Positions 11,373-24,410 of a DNA stretch of 64,000 bases are shown here, piece by piece. The stretch is from assembly GCA_030770535.1 (NCBI GenBank), contig JASVEC010000023.1:620001-684000 (forward strand). Direction: 5' to 3'. Position 1 is the first letter of the stretch, and each line of letters opens with the position of its first letter. The position numbers and the translations under genes are program-made. The stretch comes from Batkoa obscura. Lineage: Eukaryota. The notes below the pieces were generated by a model. It was not told where the DNA came from and ran no database searches. It saw nothing but the letters and a program-made list of their open reading frames with translations.

Positions 11373-12008
11373 TCAAGCACTTTTTGAGTAATAAGGGTTG
11401 TACTCGTTCAATCCTCTTTGAGGCTGATTTCTAGCCTCTTCCATTTCCATAGTTTGTAACTTCAGTTTCCTTCTCATCTCTTCAAATTCCTGTGGGAGCC
11501 TTTTTTTACCATGCCCTTTTGTTACGATATGAGAATTCAAATGATTCAAAGCCCCATACGATTTGTTACAACCTGGATATATACAAAAATAAAGGCGTTG
11601 TACTTCCTCGTATTTTCTTCTTGGTCTAGGTTTTTTCCCCTCCTCCATCGAGAATATTGAATCTACCTCCATTTTAAATGGTTGAGAATGGCCTTTTCCA
11701 ATTTGGAAGTTTCTGTCTATTTCTGAAAAAGGGGGAAGCATATCACGGTTTATATTATACATCTCCATGTTTGAATTTCTCCTTGATATTCCTGTATATC
11801 TGGGGAAAAACTCGGGTAAAGTCTCAGATAAAGATGGGAGCGTCGTGTCAGCTTTATGAAGTAGCTTTGGGATTGGGCATACCCTTTCATCTTCATAATT
11901 TGGATTATTATCAGGAGAATTTTGAATGGTGGAAGGATGAGGTTGGTATGGATGATAATGATGGGACTCTTTTTTAATAAAACTACCAGGATCGTTTTTG
12001 GAATTCAT
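11373..12008 (-). CDS. Con7-type single C2H2 zinc-finger transcription factor (paralog 1)
   Basis: KPRPRRKYEEVQRLYFCIYPGCNKSYGALNHLNSHIVTKGHGKKRLPQEF matches the Con7-family motif RRRYEEIERxYxCxxxGCxKAYGTLNHLNAH. Confidence 0.85.
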   Translation of the reverse strand: MNSKNDPGSFIKKESHHYHPYQPHPSTIQNSPDNNPNYEDERVCPIPKLLHKADTTLPSLSETLPEFFPRYTGISRRNSNMEMYNINRDMLPPFSEIDRNFQIGKGHSQPFKMEVDSIFSMEEGKKPRPRRKYEEVQRLYFCIYPGCNKSYGALNHLNSHIVTKGHGKKRLPQEFEEMRRKLKLQTMEMEEARNQPQRGLNEYNPYYSKSA

Positions 12009-15000
12009 GATGGAATGTTAAAAAGAGAGAAAACATAAGAAAAACTTTTTATTGATTGATTGATGTCCCGTATTTTTAGTTCCTTGTTTCAAATTTAAGC
12101 ATTTATTACTTGAAGTGATGTATTTAAAGTTTATACGCTGTATTACCTAACTTAAATTAAACTTAAGAATTTTTAATGCTATTCCATAAATAGTGACAAA
12201 TTAAGCTATTTTGCGTGTTACTCATTTTTAGATTACCTCTTTTTCTAAACTTGACTATTCAATAGTGTTAAATTGGAAATATCCAGTTTAGTCCCTCAAA
12301 AAACCTATTATTTAGGTAAAAGCTGCCCCAAAGATTTAAACTATAGCGAATAAATAATGTATTGGAGCTTACATCATTAAGTCCCTAGTTTCCTAAATAT
12401 ATATTTTCTTGTATTTAAAACAATAAAAAATTTACATTTATATAAACTTTTATAATATTATAAACATAAATTTGGAAGTATAGATTTTGTTAGATCCTAA
12501 TTTTATTTCTATCAGGTTTACGTATTAAAAACTAATAGTTGAGATTATGGCTTTGTTTAAGTTATATTAGATAAAAGCGGTATTGTTAACTCAAATCAAT
12601 TATATCTCCCAATAATTGTTTTCTGGAGCACTGATAAAAAATTATTATTTAGCTTCTTATAAGTGAACCGAGACCTATTAAATAGTTGGGATCTAAAGTA
12701 AGATAGACTAAGTTTAAAGCTTCAAGAACAAAACAAATAATTCTAATGATTTAGTTTCTAAGTACCAGAGTATAAACTAATATAAGTCTGTGAAGTACTC
12801 TGTGAAATTTTTTGTTTTATTCTATTTCTGAATATTACAAAAGCCTATTTAGAAATGGAATGATATTAAAGTTGTACATAAATACAGCTAAAAAACAACA
12901 TTTGAATTATTTCATAAAAATTAAAAAAAGTTCAGGTGATTAATTTTTTTAATTGGGATTTCAATATATTTGGACAATATATTAAAATTAAAAGGATGAA
13001 ACAGAATTGTACATAGCAAATTTTAGAAAGAAACATTTGCAGTATCTGCTGTACCAATTACATGTTGATTATCTAGTATTCTTCTCACTATCAAAACCCA
13101 TATGATCGTAGAATGGTGCTTTATCATGACCCATGTTCTTATCAATATACAAATCATTTTTGGGGCAAAATAAAAAAAATAGATTTTTTCTACTTTAGTT
13201 TGACAGGGTAGTAAACTGTAAACATTTAACACTAATGGAAAGGGTATGTAGACTTGTGTAAACAAAGTAAGCGTTTTTTGAATTAAAGGTATTACTGGAA
13301 TTAAAATGTGACTAACTTTAAAACTAAATAAGTTCTTTGGTAGCTTTTTTAAAGTTAAAGTAGACAGGGTATTAATTCATATTTTTCTCAATACCGAATA
13401 CATTACATTATAAATTGGATTACATATCATTTGATTGGCCTAATGCATTAATATAACCAATAAAGGCACCAAACCTAATAGCTAGAATAACAAATGCTAT
13501 AACGCAATGAAAAAACTACCCCAAAACCAGACTCCTGAGATAAATTGGAATTTCAAAATATTATAGGTAGTAGACTAAACGAAACAGCTCTATTTCTAAT
13601 ATATACCTATTAAATTACTAATATATTGAAGCTGCTTTCTTAGATAGAAGGTTTTGCATAATAAGTAACCCAATACCTTAGTAAAACAGTTAACTATATC
13701 TATACTCAACTTACATTTTTCACATGCCATAAAATAAACAGAACTATCTAACAACATGGAGTTAATAGCGAAATAAACAAGCTCTAATTTTTATTTGTTA
13801 TGGTGCTGTGCTCATTTTAAGGATTAATTCAAAAAGGATTCAAGTATAGATACATGTAGTTACCAAGCATTATTATTGGAATCTTAGTCAGCCTTAAATA
13901 TTTGATGGAATTGATTCATACCTCACTTAAAGCCGAAGTATACTTGCCAAATATTATACTAAAATGTTCTTTTTACCAAGCCTGTATAATTAAAAATGTC
14001 TAAAAAATGGGTTATAGTTTGGTTTAAGTAATTATAATGATCTAATATGCAATAATCTCAAACATTTTTGACTACTCAAAAAAGTGAATATTCCAAATAG
14101 AGAGAATTTTATAGCTCATACTTATTTAATATAACAAGTACAACTCATTTGAAGATAATCGAGGAATTTATTTCCATAGCCTATGTCAAACAGAATAGAA
14201 TTGGTCTAGTTTAAAGTCGTACTGATTTGATAAAGCTATTAAGGTTAAATATTCAATCTGACTCCATAACAAAGCAGGCTTTTAAAGAACTATACATAAA
14301 GATAAATCTTGTTACAAATTTAAAAGCCACTACACCTTTATTGTTTATTTTAGCAACTTTAACTTTATATATGAAGAACATCTTCACGCTACTTGTGAGT
14401 CTAAAACTCTGTTGCGCATTTTATTGCTAAAAAAAACTACTTACTTCTATAATTATTCGCACCATATATTTGTCTAGCCTAAATTTTGTTTGAAGTTAAT
14501 TGACTGATGAAAAATGTGTTCATTATAGCTTCATAAAAGTTTTACTTAAGGGGATGGGAATCATACAGAGTGGTAGTAAAATTAGCTATTGCCGCATTTA
14601 AAAGTATGTTAGGAAATTTCGAACAAAGGTTCAATAAAATTGATCCATTTGCCAGTTTAAGAAATCTTCCTAAATCTATAATAACTTCTAATAAATGGAA
14701 GCTTATATAAATTAATTTATTTATACTATTTATAACAGCGAAATAGACTAATGTAGACAAACCAACATCCCCTTAATTTAGAAATAAATCCTTCATTTAT
14801 AAGAATTCAGTTTTTTTCTGTTAAATGTTTACCTTTAGGCTATTTTTCAAGTTTTCTTAAAATTAGTGTCTTCCCTTTAAAAAAAATGTAGCTTTTTACA
14901 ATCTTAAATTAGTCAAGCTAAAATTTAGCACTAAAAAGATTGATCTGTGTTTCTTTGTAAGCTGTTTTTCAATAAAAACTTTAAGGGTAAAAAGCTTTAA

Positions 15001-15239
15001 CTTTAAAAATAGTAAATTATTTAAACCTAGGTTTCTTTTTTTGCTTAATTACTATGCTAATTTTAATAAATTGTTAAAATCACAATTTTACTTTTGTTTA
15101 ATTGTCGCTATGACGTGTATAAAGGTGTTAGGACTGAATTAAGCCAAAGAATGAACGATTTTTACAAATTGTAGTTTTGATTTTCATAAAATATAGTTCA
15201 AATTTTGGCCATAGTAGTATTTGATATTCAATAATATAT

Positions 15240-15336
15240 GGGGATGTATTTTTGTGTTTAAGAATTTTACTAACAATTTTTCCATTCAAATAGCGCTTAA
15301 AAAATATAAAGTAATGGAATCAAAAAAAACATCTCC
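15240..15336 (+). mobile_element. MITE family A copy, followed by a second GGGG terminus at 15341
   Basis: GGGGATGTATTTTTGTGTTTAAG...ACATCTCC, ATAT TSD. Confidence 0.85.
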
Positions 15337-17410
15337 ATATGGGGCGATATTTTTTTACCAATTGTGTCCTTTTTATTTTTAAAAATTTAGGAATTAATTT
15401 CTAAACTTTAAAAAATAACAAAAAAAGGACAATAGATAAAGCATTTCGATATAATAAAATATTGTAGATTAACAGATAATTTTACTAACAAAATAAAATT
15501 AGAAGAATCTTGGTTAACCCAAAGACTCTCAGGTGTTTTATTACTTTTTTTTTAATAGAAGTAGCAATAGAGCCTAATCAGTTTAAGGGTAACGAAGGAA
15601 GAAAATGTAAGGCTTAGAGTATGGTAAAATCTGAATTGTACAATTATCGAAAGGTACTTAGTTTAAGAGCTACTACTCCTAAACAGATTTAGTTGAAGAT
15701 GGTTAATCTATGTTCAGCTTTGTGCCATTTTAAACTAAGTAAATATATAAAAATTATGTGAAACGTAATAAAGCAGTAAACTTTTTATTTTTTATTTTTT
15801 ATTTTTGTTTTTTCTATTAAATATCTAATCTAATAATTTAACTTAGTTTATTGTTTGTATAAATTAATTATAAATTTGGATTTTAAATAAAATTTAAAGC
15901 TATGTTTATTTTTTTATAAACTAATTTATTACAAGATATTTATTTTGTTTGTTATATACTTAATATTTCAACTTTTTTTCTTGGATTTAATGCTTTTAGT
16001 TTATTTGGTTCAATATCTAACTATCTTAATTATACTAAAATACACAGCAACTCTAGGCCAGAATCTGTGATATTATTTAATCTATTTTATTTATCAGATG
16101 AAAATATTTAAATATAGTGATGGATAAAAGTGAGTCTATGTTACAGCTAATTTTGAGATTTATAGGGCATATCCTTGGCATTTAATCAGCATACTTGGCT
16201 GAAAGTAAGGCTATATATTCAGAATATTAAATATGGTTTTCTAGAATATTATTAAAAATCACAAAAAATATTTTATATAGACTTACTTTTAGCTATTGCC
16301 ATATTTAAAATATTTTGTGCATTATTTAAGCTTAAAATTTAAAAAATTGGCGAAATTCTTAAACAAAAAATGCCCAAAAATTGTTCTTTTCAAAGTTCTT
16401 AAAATCTTAAGAGTTACTTTAAAAATAAACTCATAATCAAGCTTTGAAACTTTATTATTTTATAAATTTTATTAATCTTCATAGCTTATGATTGTAATGA
16501 ATAGATAGTAAAATCGGTTTGTATTTATATTACCATATTTTCCGATTTTCCCATTGTATTAACTCTTTTAGGGACTAAGGATAGGTAGCAGATTTTCTTG
16601 CCTTACGCCTTGAATGGCTAACATTTTATATTGATAAACACCTTGGTTTATCAACGATTTGTCGATAATAACCAAAGCTATGAATCCCCCATTAAACAGC
16701 ATGAGTACCCTTGGCCATCTTTAATACTTGTTAGATTTATCAAATACTTTCCTGTAAAGGCTGGAGGTTTTCTACATGAGAAAATTGAAAGCTACTAGCT
16801 TATTAAACTTTAATATATAATATCAGCGATATTTAATTTGACAAAAATCAGATTTCCATACTAAATATCAATAAAATTAACTTATACTCTATTTTAGTTG
16901 ATTTGATTTAACATAAATCTAATATTTACTACCGAGTTTATTCTAATGCTTATCTAATGCAATTTGTTACTACTTATCATATATAAATACCTTATAACGA
17001 TATCGCTACCACTGTATTGTAATTTTGAACACTGCTACTATGTCTTCAATTTTATGCTTTGTAAAAACTAAAGGACAAGTTAAAAAACGTTGATTGTATT
17101 TGAAACAGCTTTGATTTATAGATGTTATTTAAATATAATAAAGCTGGTTATAGTAAATTACCGTAAATATCAGGACGTAATTCAGCATAAAAAAGTAACC
17201 ATTTATATAACCTATAATTGTAGAGCCTTTTGAATAAAAAATAAAAAGTATGACATTTTCAATTGACACGCCTATCTATGTAATGTCAGTATATAAAATG
17301 CATCAGTTTACCTTCAAACAAAAGCTGATAGATCATTTATAAAAATTAAAAGTAAATTTTATTACGGAGACACCTCTAATATCGTTAGGGTTTCATGATG
17401 AGATTTTAAA

Positions 17411-17988
17411 TCAAGCAAAATTCTTGTATGCATAGAAAAGGATAGCAACGATAACTGGGATAAGAAGAGGGATAATACTAAAAATAGATTTATTTAGTTT
17501 AGTTTTCGAATAAAGTGTATGTTAACACAATATGCACCTTTTTACAATAAAAATAATGTTTATAAATTAGTATAAAAAACTTACTTTGATCCTCCTGTTG
17601 AGTGTTGAGCAGCTGATTTAACTTGCTCTTTTGCTTCAGATTTTACTGGCTATAAAAATTAAGTTAGAATTCTTGATAAGAAATAACTATATTTACTTCT
17701 GAATCTGGATCAATAGTCCCGACTTTATAACTTTCAAGGAGCTTATCAGCAGATTCGGAATGACCAATATCTAAATAAGCTTCGGTAGCATCTTGACCAC
17801 CAAGCTCAAGGAGAACCTCTTCACCTCCTGGATGCTAAAAATATAAATCAATGTGAAAAAATAATAATAATAATATTTACTTCTTGAATAAACTTGGTAA
17901 CATCATAAACATTTCCATTTACAATAAGATAAAGATCTGAGTCAGATGAGTGAGCGCTAACCTCTTGTTTAGTAAAGACTTTAGACAT
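17411..17988 (-). CDS. CYB5: Cytochrome b5, tail-anchored, 4 exons (absent from the ORF track)
   Basis: MSKVFTKQEVSAH..VYDVTKFIQE|HPGGEEVLLELGGQDATEAYLDIGHS..; last exon IIPLLIPVIVAILFYAYKNFA* is a TM tail; canonical GT-AG introns. Confidence 0.93.
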
Positions 17989-18400
17989 TGTATTTAACTA
18001 TAGATTTAAACAATGAAGATTGATTAAAGATCAAAGATTAGATCAATTCCCGCACCTTTTTATTTAGTCTTGGAGTTTATCCTTTATTACTAATGATTGG
18101 TTTACTCGCAGATTGAATTCGCTTAAACAATAGGCTAATTCTGAAATTTTTCATTTTTATCCAATCATTTAGATTCTACGGTAATTAGTTTGGTAGGCTA
18201 AAATATAATGGTAGTTTAAGCGTAGAGAAGGTGGATAAATGGGTTCGTTTATCAAGGCTTTGTGATATATATAGAGTGATTTGGTAATTTTCCCAATAAA
18301 AACTATAGATAATATGTTTTAAGATCAATGATCTAAGATTTAACAAAATAACTCAAATTAATGCTTATTCGAAAATGCGTTTATCTTAATAGATACATAT

Positions 18401-18491
18401 GTGGATGTCTCTCTGTTTCAGTTTTGTATATTTTTGTGTAGTATAAAATTAAAAATCACTAGCTAAATGCTGAAACAGAAAAGACATTACT
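18401..18491. mobile_element. MITE variant with family-A-like termini and a different core
   Basis: GTGGATGTCTCTCTGTTTCAG...CTGAAACAGAAAAGACATTACT, ATAT on both sides. Confidence 0.55.
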
Positions 18492-18693
18492 ATATTACTT
18501 TCACATTCTATAGCTTTGCTACATCATAAATGATATTACATAAAATGATATAGTTATTGAACTTCTAGTATCCTTTTAAAATAAATTTATACAATATTCT
18601 CATAGTTCACGGTAATTTCGAACAACTTTCTCCGCATTAATATTATCAATACAATAAAACTAAATAAAAAAAACTCTAATCAATTTATAATAT

Positions 18694-18791
18694 AGGGATG
18701 TATTTTTTTGCTTAAGAATTTTACTAACAATTATTCTACTCAAATAGCGCTTAAAACATGGAAAAAGTAATGAAATCAAAAAAACATCCCC
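18694..18791 (+). mobile_element. MITE family A copy
   Basis: Full core, ATAT TSD. Confidence 0.85.
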
Positions 18792-19441
18792 ATATACTAA
18801 TAATATTTTCATAGTCTACTTTTATTAAAAAATATAAAAACTTTATCTTTAATAAAACACATGAATTTGTTTGATTTAAAATAAAGTCTTTTAGAACAAA
18901 GTTATTGTAATAGATACCGATATTTCTAAATAATAGATACGTAATTATTTTTATAGTATTAAAACCATCCTTGAATTTATTGCTTTTAGACTTCTTTGAG
19001 TTTAATAAGATCTAGTCTTTTTCTAGTTTTTAATTTCTTTATTTCCAGCTTCTAACTTTTGTTTAATAACTTCTAAGCTCTCCTTGAGATTAAAAAAGTA
19101 TTCTAAAACGAGATAATAGTCTTACTACATTTATCAAGTTTTTATTAAGTGTAAATATACTAGGTTTAGAATAAAGTAGATGCTGTTCGGGAGGGTTTTA
19201 ACTATCCAAATGTTCAGCTTACCAACTTGAGGTTTTTATAATCCCGTATTTTAAAAAATTTGAAGTGGTATTAAAGACATTTAAGTACTGGTATAATATT
19301 AATAAAACCTAATGATTGTATAAAGATGTTCTTTTGGAAAATAGATGCTAGCCATATATATCATTATAATGATTGAACTAAAAATAAATACTCTTATTTA
19401 TATCATATATTCCAATAGTTATAAAAATTCAATTACTATAT

Positions 19442-19538
19442 GGGGCTGTTTTTTTTGGTTTCATTATTTTTCCATTTTTTAAGCACTATTTGAGTGGAAA
19501 GGCTGTAGTAAAATTCTTAAACAAAAAAATCCATCCCC
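19442..19538 (-). mobile_element. MITE family A copy
   Basis: Reverse orientation, ATAT TSD. Confidence 0.85.
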
Positions 19539-20329
19539 ATATGCTATATATAATTCAAAAGAATTTATGTTTAAAGTAAAATAGAAATTTCTTCATGATT
19601 ATAAGAAACAACCTGTATATATTGTATAAATGATGGTACAGATAATATGACTAATAGATTTCAAAAATCTATCATTAATGTTCTACATTTCCTATTAGAA
19701 TAAGATTTAGCTCCAGATTTTAATAAGTTTTATTATTAAATAATTGTAATATTTATACTAATAAAATGATTTAATAATTGATTAGTATTTTATGATTTAG
19801 TTTTAAAATTCATATACACCATCACTCATTAGAGTTAATATGAAGTTATTCTATTAAAGTCAATACAAAATTGCTTTATGAAATGTCTTTTTTTGTTTAT
19901 CGATTTTGCTACTAATTTTTCACTTAAATAGCATCTGAAGAATGGAAAAAATGATGAAACCAAAAAACACCCTCTATTATAATCAATATAATAACAAACA
20001 ACATGAATCAGTAATACAATAGGAACCTAATTTACAAACAAAATATGATTGAGGGATATCTCACCTCAATAATTGTTATCATTGTATCTTTAACTAAAGT
20101 GTAATAACTTCGATTTAACCTAATATTCAATATAAAATAAAAATAAAAATAAAAACGGAATTAATCCTTTCATATTATATTAAAGAATTTATTATATAAT
20201 AATATCAAGTTCTCAAATTTATACATTTAGTTTCTAAAAAGATGTTTATTATTAATATTACATTTTATTAATGCAGTTGTTTAAATTAGCTCTATTCAAA
20301 GCAAGGATTGTTAGGTTGGAGTTAGTCGT

Positions 20330-20795
20330 TTATAATAAAGAAGCTGCAAAGTTTAGCCAAAAGTTAATAGAGACTCCTAAGATAACTGAAATAATTAATA
20401 TTATAGGTCCCAATCTTTCATCTAAAAAATGAGTCAATAAGTTTTCAAAAATTGAATTAAATTAAATTACCATAAAAGCCAATCTCCTTATTACTGATCT
20501 TATTTGCTCTCCAGCGGAAAACTATATAAGAGTATACCATAAGCGCAACTGAAAGGATAGCAAAAGTAGAAGCAGAGTAAAACCCAGCTGGGGTATCGGA
20601 ATAATTTAATAATGCTATTGATAATGAGCCTAAGATTAGAGAGAATTTCAACCATGATAAAAACGTTCTCTCATTAGCAAAAAATCCTTTTGGATTAGGG
20701 GGTTTACTTGTTGGTGGGGTTACATTTTCGTTTATTCTTTCATAGCCTGAAAACCCTAACTGAGCTAATACATTCTGTAAGAAATTTTGAGTCAT
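20330..20795 (-). CDS. VTC1: Vacuolar transporter chaperone subunit Vtc1-like (DUF202, 3 TM), 2 exons
   Basis: [15 protein letters not shown] plus hydrophobic helices; after the intron YDERLGPIILIISVILGVSINFWLNFAASLL*. Confidence 0.85.
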
Positions 20796-22233
20796 TGTAA
20801 TACAATAAAAAAATCAAATTCCCTTTTGAACTTTTTATTTAAAATTATTTTTTTATTAAATTATAAAGTTAACAAATCATTGACAATCTTCAATTTTATG
20901 CTTAATTTTATTTGATAAACCCATTTTTTTTGATTACACACTAATGATGAGAGGTATAGTTTATTTAGGAATGAAGATATTTGAAGAACTGAATAGAGTG
21001 TTAGAGGATTGCAGAAATTCTTTGATGAGTATTTTAGTTTTAAAGATATTGAGAAACCAGCTTTCTTTAAAAGATAATGACTCCTTTTCGACTCCACTAA
21101 GGCCCAAACCACTTTAATTGAAAAAGGGACAGTTTAATCAAAATTAATAATTTAAAAAATAAATTAAGTATAATGAGTACAACCATCCATGAATATAGAA
21201 GGCCGAGGTTTTTTTAAGACCTAATCTTTAATTGTTTTTTAATAAAACTTGTGATATTTTTTTATCTATTTTTAAAATTAAAGTTAAATCCCTTTGATTG
21301 TGACCTACTCATGATATAAAACGCTTTAAAGTATACTCATAATATATTTAATTCCATTTTGTTAATATTTTTTATTACATATTTAATGAAGGAATATAAC
21401 TATTTAATAATGCACTCTATTAATCGAACAAATTAAATTATGTATAAAATATAGATAGGCTTATTAGAGTATATTAGATGCGAGAATTGTATAATTCCAC
21501 CTTTTATTATTTTCTGAGGTGGAACTTTTGTTGCACAAAATAGTATTTTTTTTTCAAAAGTTGGAATATATTTATTATTAGTTGTTGAAATATCTGTAAC
21601 CTTTACTATAATGGCTAAACCGTAATTATATACATTGAAGCGATATACCTTTTGAGAATATCGGCTCTAAATAGTAAACTAAAAATAATCGTAGGGGGAT
21701 GGTATTAAAGCATATTCTATGACTTAACATTTCATTTTATTTAGATAACCTTGGTTTCACCCTTTAATTAACTGTCGCCCTTTGATTAATTTGATATAAT
21801 AATTTTAGAATAAACATCATACACTAATATATTAGTATTGTTGGTATTATAAATATCATATCATATTTTTATAGTATCATAAAATTAAAGCTTTAATATA
21901 GTATATAACAATATACATTTCATGTTGAAACAAATATGCAATCATATTCTTTGATGATTTAAAAATCACAAAAAATAGAACTATTTGTGTAAAAATGATA
22001 CCTTAGCAATATGACCCAAATCCCCAAAAATAGTAATAAAAAAAAAGAAGTCGCGGTCATTTTCTAATTTCATTTTTAAGCATAATATCTACTAAGATTG
22101 TGGTTACGTTACACCAATTATCTCTCTAAATTAAATTTAAATAAGAAGTAGAAATTTATTTAATTTTCATCTTTTTCATCTTTTTCATCTTTTACATCTT
22201 AACTTTAAATTTAATAAAAGATATTTTAGCATT

Positions 22234-24410
22234 ATGAAGTTTGGTCAACAGCTTAATAATTCATTGTATTCAGAATGGCGATTCTATTACATTGACTATG
22301 ATGGTCTTAAACGTTTGATAAGGACGAAAGATTCCTCCCAGTTTAATGAAGACGATGAAGCAAGGTTTGTGGAATTCCTTGAAAAGGACTTAGAAAAAGT
22401 AAGCTTTGTTAATTCTATTGTATTTAAATCAGTTATTAAAGACACCAGGTTTCTGCTTTTCAAAGTATAAAAACTGGGGAAATTAATCGTCGTATACAGC
22501 ATTGCGAAGTTTTGGTCAATGGGATTGCATCAAATCCCGATGCCAGCTCTTCTGAAATTCAGAATGCAGAGGATGAAATTAATAGAGTCATACCAGAAGT
22601 TAATGAACTTGCCAAGTTTACTCGTTTGAATTATACTGGGTTTTTGAAGATTATCAAAAAGCATGATAAGTATGCTGGGTACATCTTAAAGCCAATGTTT
22701 TTGGTTCGTTTAAATAGTAAACCTTTCTTTAAAGAGAACTTCGATGCGCTTCTCTTGAAGCTTTCTAAATTGTATGCTATTGTTCGTAACGACGTTCCTA
22801 TTATGAATGGCCAACCATCCCATGGTCCACAAACTAGAATCTGTCGAACCGTTAAGTATTGGGTACACCCTGATAACGTTATGGAACTCAAACTCTACGT
22901 ATTGAAGAATCTCCCAGTATTAGTTTACAATGGAAAATCCAACCAAACAGGAAAAGTAGATCCAAGAACTTCTTCCATTTATTTAGATAATGATAATTTT
23001 GATGTCTATAATGATCGTATTGAGAAAAAAGAAAATTCAACAACTTATTGCCTTACCTGGTTCGGAGGTGAAGATAATAGTGAAATATTTGTTGAAAAGA
23101 AATCGCTTAGAGAAGGTTGGATGGGAGAGACACATACCAAACAACAATTCCGTATCAAAGAGAAGTACGTCAATGGTTTCCTTAATGATGAAAAGGTTAT
23201 GGAACGAGCAATAGGTAAGTTAAAAGATTCTAATGAACTTCCTGAAGACCAAATCGAGGCTATTGAGCAGCTCTCTGATGAGATCCAACTCGCAATTACC
23301 CAACGCCAACTTAAGCCAGTACTTCGTACTTTCTATAACCGTACCGCTTTCCAAATGCCCGGAGATTCTTCTGTTAGAATAACTCTTGATTCAGAAGTAG
23401 CAATGATTAGAGAAGATAATTTAGATAAACAACGACGCGGTGATAATTGGCGCCGTACTGATTTAGGAGCCAAATATCCTTTTGGTAATCTCCCATCATC
23501 TGATATCGTGCGTTTCCCTTACTCTATCCTTGAAGTCAAATTAGAAACTAGTGCTGGAGGCCCTACTCCTAAATGGGTTGACAATTTGGTTAACTCTCAT
23601 CTAGTTGAGCCAGTTCCTAACTTTTCCAAGTATATCCATGGTATTGCCTCTCTTATGGAAAACAGAGTTTCTCTTTTACCTTTCTGGCTTCCACAAATGG
23701 ACAAGGATATACGCAGAGCTCCTTCTCCATCGTTCAAACTTTCTTCCCATGGTACATCTACTCGTGATAATTCATCTCAATCTATTTCTAATGACACTCC
23801 CAGTACTGTATCCCGTGATGGTGAAGTACGTATTGATATGTATGAACCTACTCAATCTTACTCTACCTTCAATAAATCACAAGCGAAGTCTAATGGTCAC
23901 TCTATTAAAGCTCAAAACAACAGTGACGAACGCGCTCCATTACTTCTTAATGGAAAACATCAAGAGCAAACATCAAGTTCAGGCCTATTCAGTAACTTGT
24001 TTTCAAAGCAAAGTACTAGTGTAAGGAATCAAGTAGCCCAAAATGACAGAAATAAAGTGGTGGATAAAAGAATATCCATTCCAGTTCGAGTTGAACCTAA
24101 AGTGTTCTTTGCTAATGAACGTACCTTCTTATCTTGGTTAAATTTTGCTTTAGTTTTAGGAGGTTTAGCTTTAGGTCTTTTAAATTTTGGTGATTGGGTT
24201 GGTCAAATCTCAGGCTTAATTTTTACCATAATTGCACTACTTGTTATGGTTTACGCACTGTTCGTTTTCCAATGGCGTGCGGAAAAGATTCGCCGTCGGG
24301 AACCTGGTCCTTACGATGATAGGGCAGGTCCTATACTTTTAGTTGCTGTTATTTTTATCGCTGTATTAATCAATTTCTGGCTTAAATTTAGCAGTCTAAC
24401 CAGCCCTTAA
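22234..24410 (+). CDS. SPX-VTC-DUF202 polyphosphate polymerase complex subunit (Vtc4-like, possibly non-catalytic); intron ~22399-22448
   Basis: SPX start [70 protein letters not shown]-terminal [16 protein letters not shown] domain. Confidence 0.9.

Noticed and set aside
13000..14800. Possible decayed TBC/Rab-GAP-like coding sequence on the plus strand (KLAIAAFKSMLGNFEQR..SLRNLP)
   Set aside because: Too many stops and only a vague resemblance; needs a translated HMM search.
15500..19350. Faint gypsy RNase H-like peptides near 15500-15720 and 19160-19350, and an integrase-like piece near 60660-60790
   Set aside because: No intact diagnostic motif; cannot be supported by eye.
20796..22233. 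Pho4-type CACGTG/CACGTT sites and ORF 20861-21112 in the VTC intergenic region
   Set aside because: No such site seen; the ORF has non-coding composition and a non-ATG start.
22296..24024. ORFs overlapping the VTC gene (22296, 22631, 22990, 23605), and 11678, 32743, 45064, 55564, 63757
   Set aside because: Alternate-frame or antisense shadows of real genes.
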